From Candidatus Bathyarchaeota archaeon (lineage in GTDB: Archaea > Thermoproteota > Bathyarchaeia > TCS64), in contig JBDRQD010000035.1 in assembly GCA_043826455.1 (NCBI GenBank), positions 1 to 10,882 of the forward strand: DNA of 10,882 nucleotides. Direction: 5' to 3'. The translations under genes were made by a program, and so were the position numbers. Positions 1-6,475 of the stretch are shown piece by piece. The first letter of the stretch is position 1; each line of letters starts with the position of its first letter. Below the pieces are notes generated by a model, which had not been told where the DNA came from, did no database searches, and saw nothing but the letters and a program-made list of their open reading frames with translations.

Positions 1-50
1 GCGGTGGCGGTGATGGGACCCCCCCTCCCCCCCACCCACACACACACAGG
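1..50 (+). repeat. Left copy of a GC-rich repeat motif (GCGGTGGCGGTGATGGGA-C7-T-C7-ACCCACACACACACAGG)
   Basis: Positions 1-24 match the reverse complement of 10822-10845 at 20/24. Both copies continue with an interrupted C-tract and a CACACAC tract. The copy may be truncated by the window edge. Confidence 0.8.
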
Positions 51-65
51 ATAATCCAACAACAC

Positions 66-75
66 TCTATAAACC
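66..75 (+). promoter_or_regulatory. Possible TATA box (CTATAAA) upstream of ORF 109-549
   Basis: TATA-like element about 35-40 nt upstream of the ATG at 109; motif match only. Confidence 0.3.
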
Positions 76-108
76 ACAAATACCCAGCCACCAACAACCC
101 ACCCAAAC

Positions 109-549
109 ATGCCCACAGCCATCACCGAACACACCCAAAAATGGACAATCACCATGGAAGCAGCAGACAAAACCATCCAACTACCCCTATACCAAGTAAC
201 AGAAGACATACTCCTAAACCCAGACTTCGCAGACAAACTAAGATACCTCCTCCTCGAAAACCCCCACTACCACCCCGCAAACAACATCACCCACATAATC
301 TCCCCCGAAAAAAAAGAGATAAAAGGCAAAGCCCTCTTCGTCATCCTCTGCCACCTCAAAGAGTACACCGAACGCAAATCCGGCTCCCAAAACCACTACC
401 TCTTCGGAGAACTCAAGAGCCACGGCTTCAGACTCATCGCAGCCGCAGACGACAAACTCACCGTCGACCGGTTCAGGTTCTGGATAAAGATCATAACCAT
501 GAAGCCATCACTCGTGAAAAGCCTCATCCTAACCCACATGACCCAGTGA
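109..549 (+). CDS. Hypothetical protein, 146 aa
   Basis: ATG start and protein-like amino-acid composition, unlike the Pro/Arg-rich overlapping frame. It ends 39 nt before cysK on the same strand. No family recognised. Confidence 0.55.
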   Translation: MPTAITEHTQKWTITMEAADKTIQLPLYQVTEDILLNPDFADKLRYLLLENPHYHPANNITHIISPEKKEIKGKALFVILCHLKEYTERKSGSQNHYLFGELKSHGFRLIAAADDKLTVDRFRFWIKIITMKPSLVKSLILTHMTQ

Positions 550-588
550 CCTCTTTAATAGGCTCAAAGGGATATCTTCACTGATCCC

Positions 589-1539
589 ATGTACTACAAC
601 AGTGTGCTCGAAGCCATCGGAAACACCCCCCTGATCAAACTCGGCAGAGTAGCCCCCAAAGGCGTATCCAACATATTCGTCAAGGCCGAGTACCTCAACC
701 CCAGCGGCAGCCTGAAAGACAGGATCGCCCTGGAGATGATAAGAGACGCCGAGGCCAGCGGCGCCCTAAAACCCGGCTACACCATCATCGACGCCAGCAC
801 CGGAAACACGGGCACAGCCCTCAGCTTCGTGGGAACCCAGCTCGGATACAACGTAGAGATATACATGCCTGAAGGCATGACCCGTGAACGCATCAAGATC
901 ATGGAGAGCTACGGAGCCAAGGTGCACGAGCTAGCAACGGAGGGAAGCAGCGAGGGGAGCGTGGCAGGGGCAGAGGTAGAGATCAGCACCAGAGTCAAAT
1001 GCCTCGAGGTGGAGCAGAGCAACCCAAGGGTCTGGTGGGCCCGACAGTTCAGCAACCCGTCCAACACAAAGGCTCACATTAAGACTGGCAGGGAGATACT
1101 CAAACAGCTGGACGGTAAAGTAGACGCCTTCGTGGCCTCCATAGGTGTAGGCGGCACCCTATACGGCGTAGCCAAGACTTTGAGAGAGCGGCTGCCAGAT
1201 GTCTTGATCGTGGGCGCGGAGCCTGCCTCAGCCCGGTATCCTCTCAGCGAGGGTTATACTCGTGTGCCTGGGACAGGTGACGAAGTGTGTGGCGGCATCA
1301 TCGAGGAGATGCTGCTCAGCGGGATCGTTGACCGGGTCGAGAAGGTGAGTAACGAGGACGCGGTGGCCATGTCTGACCGGCTAGTCAAGGAGGAGGGCTT
1401 ATTCTGCGGGATATCGTCGGGCGCTAACGTGTTTCTCGCCCTCAAGGTGGCTAAACAGTTAGGTCCAGCGAAGAACGTGGTGACGGTTCTCCCTGATCAC
1501 CGGGACAGGTATCTTTCTGAGAAGAGGTACACTACCTGA
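589..1539 (+). CDS. cysK: Cysteine synthase family PLP-dependent enzyme (CysK/CysM/CBS-like, fold type II)
   Basis: IGNTPL, KAEYLNPSGSLKDR (PLP lysine K43), STGNTG, QFSNPSN, GVGGT phosphate loop, EGLFCGISSGAN and PDHRDRYLS motifs. Confidence 0.9.
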   Translation: MYYNSVLEAIGNTPLIKLGRVAPKGVSNIFVKAEYLNPSGSLKDRIALEMIRDAEASGALKPGYTIIDASTGNTGTALSFVGTQLGYNVEIYMPEGMTRERIKIMESYGAKVHELATEGSSEGSVAGAEVEISTRVKCLEVEQSNPRVWWARQFSNPSNTKAHIKTGREILKQLDGKVDAFVASIGVGGTLYGVAKTLRERLPDVLIVGAEPASARYPLSEGYTRVPGTGDEVCGGIIEEMLLSGIVDRVEKVSNEDAVAMSDRLVKEEGLFCGISSGANVFLALKVAKQLGPAKNVVTVLPDHRDRYLSEKRYTT

Positions 1540-1867
1540 GTTTGAGGAGCGATCCTCTACTCTCTTCCATCATCTCCAGCATGTCTTGAGGGGTGAGGAT
1601 TATCTTGAAGTGGCTTGGCTTCACTATCTTTATCGCCCTACCTGTTGAGGGGTCTACTTCGTTGGTTATCATGACTAATCCCGCGGATCGGAGCTCGGTT
1701 ACTCTGTGCTGGACCGTCGTGTAGGGTATCTTTGTTTCTTCGGCTATCTGGGTGATGTACTTTGAGCCTTTCAAGATGTGGATGAGTATTTCCCAGGTGT
1801 GTCTTTTTCCCAGAACCTTGAGCTGGGCTTGTGTTCTCTTCATGTCTCTCACAGACACTCGGTTCAC
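1532..1867 (-). CDS. ArsR/Lrp-like winged helix-turn-helix transcriptional regulator
   Basis: The segment ILIHILKGSKYITQIAEETKIPYTTVQHRVTELRSAGLV fits a wHTH pattern. Start is GTG at 1867 or ATG at 1843. The stop overlaps the cysK stop convergently by 8 bp. Confidence 0.8.
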   Translation of the reverse strand: MNRVSVRDMKRTQAQLKVLGKRHTWEILIHILKGSKYITQIAEETKIPYTTVQHRVTELRSAGLVMITNEVDPSTGRAIKIVKPSHFKIILTPQDMLEMMEESRGSLLKLR

Positions 1868-1876
1868 CTGGTAATG

Positions 1877-1902
1877 TTTAGAAATATTTCAAAATTAAAT
1901 AA
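1877..1902 (-). promoter_or_regulatory. AT-rich promoter of the HTH gene with a palindrome (TTTaGAAATATTTCaAAA)
   Basis: Perfect 10-bp palindrome at 1881-1890, extending imperfectly to 1877-1894. A minus-strand TTATTTAATT TATA-like element lies at 1893-1902. Confidence 0.5.
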
Positions 1903-1937
1903 TTTGTTATCGAATTATCGGATTTCTGGATGTGTTA

Positions 1938-2306
1938 CTAGTTAGGATGATCCCCATCCCCCGGCTTAGGACGCTCCAGAGTCTGCCTCTGTATGGCCTT
2001 AAAAAGACTCAGCATACCACCCCTGGGTCCCTCCAAGATCGTTTCTCCTTTACTAGAAGAGTAAGAAAGCAAACCCTTCTTAGATAAGCGGCCCGTCTCA
2101 GAGAACTGAAGGCCCTTTATCTGCGCCCAGTTTTCGGTGATAATCTCCTCCTTCTTGAATAACACGCCGTGTTCCTTGTACAGAAGAAGCCTGTGAGAAG
2201 TAATGAAGACCCTGTAATCCTCCTCGTTATAGTTCACATTAAAGTCGCTCCAGAAGATGATCTTCTCCTCCAGGAGGAGATACTTCTCAATGGGCATACG
2301 CATCAA
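1938..2306 (-). CDS. Prokaryotic PH-domain-like protein
   Basis: The pattern LLLEEKII...VFITSHRLLLYKEHGVLFKKE...I..LQFSETG resembles bacterial/archaeal PH (bPH) domains. Start is TTG at 2306 or ATG at 2303. Confidence 0.6.
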   Translation of the reverse strand: MMRMPIEKYLLLEEKIIFWSDFNVNYNEEDYRVFITSHRLLLYKEHGVLFKKEEIITENWAQIKGLQFSETGRLSKKGLLSYSSSKGETILEGPRGGMLSLFKAIQRQTLERPKPGDGDHPN

Positions 2307-2353
2307 AGATGTCCTTAGGTTTAATAAGTTTCACCGGTTTAAACTGGCTATAT

Positions 2354-2362
2354 TAAAAAAGG
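2354..2362 (-). terminator. Possible archaeal oligo-T terminator after the flavoprotein gene
   Basis: The minus strand reads CCTTTTTTA immediately after the TAA stop of 2363-2902. Confidence 0.4.
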
Positions 2363-2902
2363 TTAAGGAAAAAGGCGTTTACCCGCTTCCTCAAGCATAG
2401 ACAGCTTGTGACCCTTGTTGACCTGCGTGATTGTCACTAGATCAAAGGTCTTGAAGCCTATCCTCTTCAGGTACTCCTCCAACAGATAGAGGGCTCTGGC
2501 CGCACCGTTGCCGCTCCCGCCAGCGGAGGCGATCCCCACGCTCAGCTTGTTCTTGTACCTCTCAAACCCACTGTGGGTCTCAACCCTTCTCAGCCTGTCC
2601 AGGAAGGTCTTGGCTGACTCACTCAGATCGTGCCAGTATACCGGCGTGGCGAAGACCAGAGCGTCAGACCCATCAATCTTCTCACGGATGGCCTGGAACT
2701 CGTCCTCCAGAACACACGCACCCTCTCTCCTGCACTGACCCCAGCCGCCGTCACACGCCTTACACTTCTTTATGACGTGGTCGTTGAGGTGAATGAGCTC
2801 CACTTGGTGTCCCTTGGACTCAGCCCCCTTAAGGAGCTGCTTCGCTGTAGTCGCGGTCAGCCCATCGTGGTTGGGGCTGCTCTGAATAGCTAGAACCTTC
2901 AT
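2363..2902 (-). CDS. Flavodoxin-fold iron-sulfur flavoprotein (Isf / NADPH-dependent FMN reductase family)
   Basis: N-terminal MKVLAIQSSPNHDGLT phosphate loop, four-Cys cluster (C47, C50, C57, C63), and DALVFATPVYW...KTFLDRL, all typical of the Isf/WrbA-like family. Confidence 0.85.
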   Translation of the reverse strand: MKVLAIQSSPNHDGLTATTAKQLLKGAESKGHQVELIHLNDHVIKKCKACDGGWGQCRREGACVLEDEFQAIREKIDGSDALVFATPVYWHDLSESAKTFLDRLRRVETHSGFERYKNKLSVGIASAGGSGNGAARALYLLEEYLKRIGFKTFDLVTITQVNKGHKLSMLEEAGKRLFP

Positions 2903-2944
2903 AGTGTTTCATGAAGTGGAACGGGGGAAGATAAAAGATGGTGC

Positions 2945-3979
2945 TCAGCCGAAGAACCTGTCCAGGGTCGTCCGCTTCCCAGTCACGCTGAAGCCCTTGT
3001 TCATCTTCTCTATGGCGTTCATGACGCGGCTCTGCCCGAAGTTACGTTCGCTGCAGAGGAAGCCGATTATGGCTGCGGTGTCGGGCTTTCTCCACTCCAG
3101 CTCGTAGTCTTCCGTGACTCTGGGGTGGAGGAACAGCTCCTTGATCTCCTCAGGCGTATGAGGGAACTCGGCGTTCTCAATGTGGGGGAGTGTAGCATCA
3201 AGGCTTCCGTGTTTCTTGATGAGCTTTAGCGCCGTCTTAGGGCCCACCCCCTTCACTCCATCCGGGTTGTAGTCAGTGCCCACCAAGATGCCCACGTCTA
3301 TGAGCTGATCCCTGGTGATCTCAAGGTCCTTCATCACCTTGTCGAGCTCCAGTATCTCGGGCTCGATCTTAATATAGACGTTCTTCCTGGGCAACTTCCT
3401 GCGCCCCGTTATACTCAGGTTCCTGAGGTGCCTCGGAGCCCCATACAGAAGGGAGTCATAGTCTTGGCTGGCCGCGCCCCACACGTCGCCCTTGGCCGCC
3501 ATGTAGGCTGTCTGTGCCTCCCCTTCGCCGGGGGCTTGGACCCAGGGTATGCCCATGTCGGTGAGAAGCCTCTTGGAGTCCTCGATGATGTCGGTGGTGG
3601 CTACCACGGCCTGCTGCCCGTAGCGCCTGGCCTTCTCCTCGTCGCCCTCCTTCACGGCTTTCTCGTACTCAACTTGAGCTTTTTGCCGTGTCTGGCGCCT
3701 CTGGTCCAGGGTTCTCTTCTTAAACACGTGGGGTCTGCCGTCGAAGACGTACACTATCTTGACGCCGGCTTCCATGAGGTTGCTGTTCCTGTAGATCAGG
3801 CCGCTGAGGTGGCTGGTGACGCGCCTCGACTGGTCACGGAGGGGCTCACCCTGCTTACCCCTGATGATGGAGAGGAACTGGTAGATGATATTGTTACCGT
3901 CGAAGGCTATGGTGCGTCCTGCTAGGTCCTCTATGGCCACCTTCCGCGGCTCAACAAGGTCGGCAAGCTGAACACCCAA
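2945..3979 (-). CDS. fen: Flap endonuclease 1
   Basis: MGVxL N-terminus (TTG start), DGNNIIYQFL, VFDG, EGEAQ, SQDYDSLLYG and GTDYNPDGVKGVGPKTA (H3TH) motifs, plus a C-terminal PIP-like TLDRFF. Confidence 0.97.
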   Translation of the reverse strand: MGVQLADLVEPRKVAIEDLAGRTIAFDGNNIIYQFLSIIRGKQGEPLRDQSRRVTSHLSGLIYRNSNLMEAGVKIVYVFDGRPHVFKKRTLDQRRQTRQKAQVEYEKAVKEGDEEKARRYGQQAVVATTDIIEDSKRLLTDMGIPWVQAPGEGEAQTAYMAAKGDVWGAASQDYDSLLYGAPRHLRNLSITGRRKLPRKNVYIKIEPEILELDKVMKDLEITRDQLIDVGILVGTDYNPDGVKGVGPKTALKLIKKHGSLDATLPHIENAEFPHTPEEIKELFLHPRVTEDYELEWRKPDTAAIIGFLCSERNFGQSRVMNAIEKMNKGFSVTGKRTTLDRFFG

Positions 3980-3990
3980 GCCCGTGCACC

Positions 3991-4209
3991 CTACGCTAGC
4001 TCTATGCGCCTCTTGCCCCTGGGTATCCTGTAGACCCTGATGAGGCCCTGGATCTCCATCTTCATGAGCATGATGTTCAGCTCGCTCTCACTGAGGCCCT
4101 CGTGGCGCTTCTGAACCTGTTTGAGGAGCTCGTCGAACTTGAGGGCTCCGCTCCTCTCCAGCTGCTCTATGATGGTTGTGGGTAATAGTTTCTCGTCCAT
4201 CTTCTTCAC
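3991..4209 (-). CDS. Small winged-helix protein, 72 aa, function unknown
   Basis: Helix-helix-helix-wing pattern (LKFDELLKQV...SESELNIMLMKMEIQGLIRV...KRRIEL). Its GTG start directly abuts the cdc48 TAG stop, and it ends 11 nt before fen1. Confidence 0.75.
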   Translation of the reverse strand: MKKMDEKLLPTTIIEQLERSGALKFDELLKQVQKRHEGLSESELNIMLMKMEIQGLIRVYRIPRGKRRIELA

Positions 4210-6381
4210 CTAAGCTATGTCTATGGGGGGCTTTCCCGTTTCCTTGAACCGTTTATTTGCGTCCATGTACCACTTTAACTCCTCAGGTGTTATGCTGGGG
4301 GCGATCTCTGTCATGGCTTTCTCAAAGTCCGCTATGCTCACCTTCTCGGTGTCCGGGTTCTTCCTCAGGGCGTGGAGGCCGGCCTCCCTAACCACGGAGT
4401 CTATGTCGGCCCCACTGTAGCCGTCCATCTTGCGGGCTATGCTCTCTAGTTTCACGTCCTCGGCCAATGGCATGTCCTTGGTTTTAATCTGCAGTATCTT
4501 CAGGCGGGCGCCCGTGTCGGGTGGCGGAGTGTAGACTCTGCGGTCGAACCTGCCGGGCCTCAGGACAGCTGGGTCTATTATGTCGGGCCTGTTGGTGGCG
4601 GCTAGGACCACCACGTTCTGTAGACTGAGAAGCCCATCAATCTCTGTCAGGAGCTGGCTTATGACGCGCTCGGTGACCCTGCTGTCGGCAGCTGAGCTCC
4701 TGGAGGGGACCAGGGCGTCGAACTCGTCGAAGAAGATGATGCTGGGGGCAGCCATCCTCGCCTTCCGGAATATCTCCCGGATGGCCTTCTCCGACTCGCC
4801 CACCCACTTGCTGAAGATCTCGGGGCCCCTGACGCTGATGAAGTTTGCCTCGGACTCGGATGCGACAGCTCTCGCGAGAAGCGTCTTGCCGCAGCCTGGT
4901 GGTCCGTGGAGAAGTATGCCCTTTGGGGGGTTTATTCCTAGCCTGGTGAACATCTCAGGCTTCTTCAGGGGCCACTCCACGGCCTCTTTCAGGTTCTGGA
5001 TGACCTCTTCCAGGCCGCCCACGTCGTCCCATTTCACGTTGGGTGACTCCACGTAGACCTCCCTCATGGCCGTGGGGGTGACCTCCCTGAAGGCGTCCAG
5101 GATGTCGGTGTTGTTTACCTCCATCTGGTCCAGGACCTCGTGGGGGATCCTCTTCTCCTCTAGGTCGATCCGGGGCAGGTAGCGGCGCAGGGCCTTCATG
5201 GCGGCCTCCCTGCTGAGGGCCTCCAGGTCTGCGCCAGTGTACCCGTGGGTGATCTCTGATATTCTTGTAATGTTCACATCGTCGGCAAGCGGCATACCCC
5301 TGGTGTGGATCTGCAGTATCTCCATCCTGCCGTCCCTGCCTGGGGTGCCTATCTCAACCTCCCTATCGAACCTTCCTGGCCGTCTGAGGGCTTCGTCGAT
5401 GGCGTCGGGCCTGTTGGTGGCCCCGATAACTATGATGTGGCCGCGGCCCTTGAGGCCGTCCATGCTGGCCAGGAGCTGGGCTACGACTCTCCGCTCCACC
5501 TCGCCGGTGACCTCGCTGCGCTTGGGAGCGATGGAGTCTATCTCGTCTATGAAGAGGATGCTGGGGGCGTTCTTCTCGGCGTCCTCAAACATCTTCCTCA
5601 TCCTGGCCTCTGACTCGCCGTAGAACTTGCTCATGATCTCTGGACCGTTGATGGCGTAGAAGTTGGCCTCCGACTCGTTGGCCACGGCCCTGGCCAGGAG
5701 CGTCTTACCGCAGCCGGGGGGACCGTGGAGGAGCACGCCCTTGGGCGGGTCGATACCCAGGCGCTGGAAGATCTCCGGGTGCCTCAGTGGCAGCTCCACC
5801 ATCTCCCTGATGCGCCTGATCTCCTCGTCCAGGCCGCCTATGTCCTCGTAGGTGGTCCTACTGGGCATCTCCAGCTCAGGGACCGGCTCACTCATGATGC
5901 TGATCTCCGTGGTCGGGGAGATCTTCACTATGCCTCCGGGGCGGGTGTTCACCACCATGAAGGGGACGCTGTGGCCCAGCATCATGATGAGGAGGGTGTC
6001 TCCCCTGGTGGCTGGCCTGTCTATTAGCCTGTCCTTGACGAACCTGATGAAGTCGTTGTCCACACTGATCCTGATGTCCACGGGGGCCAGCTTCACGGAC
6101 GCAGCGTACTCGGCCTCGGCCTTCTTCACAGTGACAAACTCGTTGATGGCCACGCTGCAGTTCTTCCTGATGAAGCCGTCGATTCTGATCAGGCCGAGGC
6201 CCTGGTCCTCGGGGTAGGCTGGCCACGCCTTGGCCGCTGTGGCCTTCTTTCCCTCGATCTCGACCACGTCGCCCACGGTCACGCCCAGCTTCTTCATGGT
6301 GTCGGAGTCCATTCTGGCTATGCTTCTGCCAACATCTCTCTGCTGCTTCGCTTCTGATACCTTTAATTGGATGTTGCTCAC
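4210..6381 (-). CDS. cdc48: CDC48/VAT (p97-like) type II AAA+ ATPase
   Basis: N-terminal double-psi-barrel domain, two GPPGCGKT Walker A motifs, Walker B motifs FIDEID and FFDEFD, and SRH/arginine fingers ALRRPGRFDR and VLRPGRFDR. GTG start with a GGTGA SD-like site upstream. Confidence 0.97.
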   Translation of the reverse strand: MSNIQLKVSEAKQQRDVGRSIARMDSDTMKKLGVTVGDVVEIEGKKATAAKAWPAYPEDQGLGLIRIDGFIRKNCSVAINEFVTVKKAEAEYAASVKLAPVDIRISVDNDFIRFVKDRLIDRPATRGDTLLIMMLGHSVPFMVVNTRPGGIVKISPTTEISIMSEPVPELEMPSRTTYEDIGGLDEEIRRIREMVELPLRHPEIFQRLGIDPPKGVLLHGPPGCGKTLLARAVANESEANFYAINGPEIMSKFYGESEARMRKMFEDAEKNAPSILFIDEIDSIAPKRSEVTGEVERRVVAQLLASMDGLKGRGHIIVIGATNRPDAIDEALRRPGRFDREVEIGTPGRDGRMEILQIHTRGMPLADDVNITRISEITHGYTGADLEALSREAAMKALRRYLPRIDLEEKRIPHEVLDQMEVNNTDILDAFREVTPTAMREVYVESPNVKWDDVGGLEEVIQNLKEAVEWPLKKPEMFTRLGINPPKGILLHGPPGCGKTLLARAVASESEANFISVRGPEIFSKWVGESEKAIREIFRKARMAAPSIIFFDEFDALVPSRSSAADSRVTERVISQLLTEIDGLLSLQNVVVLAATNRPDIIDPAVLRPGRFDRRVYTPPPDTGARLKILQIKTKDMPLAEDVKLESIARKMDGYSGADIDSVVREAGLHALRKNPDTEKVSIADFEKAMTEIAPSITPEELKWYMDANKRFKETGKPPIDIA

Positions 6382-6403
6382 CGGACGTTCACCCTAAATA
6401 TTC

Positions 6404-6434
6404 TCACTGTCTTGAAGGCAGTGACGGTTATAAA
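6404..6434 (-). promoter_or_regulatory. cdc48 promoter: TATA box (TTTATAA, 6428-6434) followed by a 21-bp inverted repeat (6404-6424)
   Basis: The plus strand reads TCACTGTCTT-G-AAGGCAGTGA, with arms matching 9/10. The repeat begins 3 nt downstream of the minus-strand TATA. Confidence 0.6.
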
Positions 6435-6475
6435 GATTAGTTATAGGCTGAGGGAGAAAACAGAGACCGTTTACC

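Noticed and set aside
141..584. 147-aa Pro/Arg/His-rich ORF overlapping 109-549
   Set aside because: Shadow frame: the T-poor strand rarely generates stop codons, and the translation is low-complexity.
2335..2348. Short imperfect palindrome CCGGTTTAAACTGG
   Set aside because: Too short and AT-centred to distinguish from chance or a TATA element.
4217..6226. Multiple antisense and alternate-frame ORFs within cdc48 that resemble each other (e.g. ALARSVLPQPGGPWRS twice)
   Set aside because: These reflect the D1/D2 AAA domain duplication of cdc48 read on the opposite strand, not separate genes or a mobile repeat.
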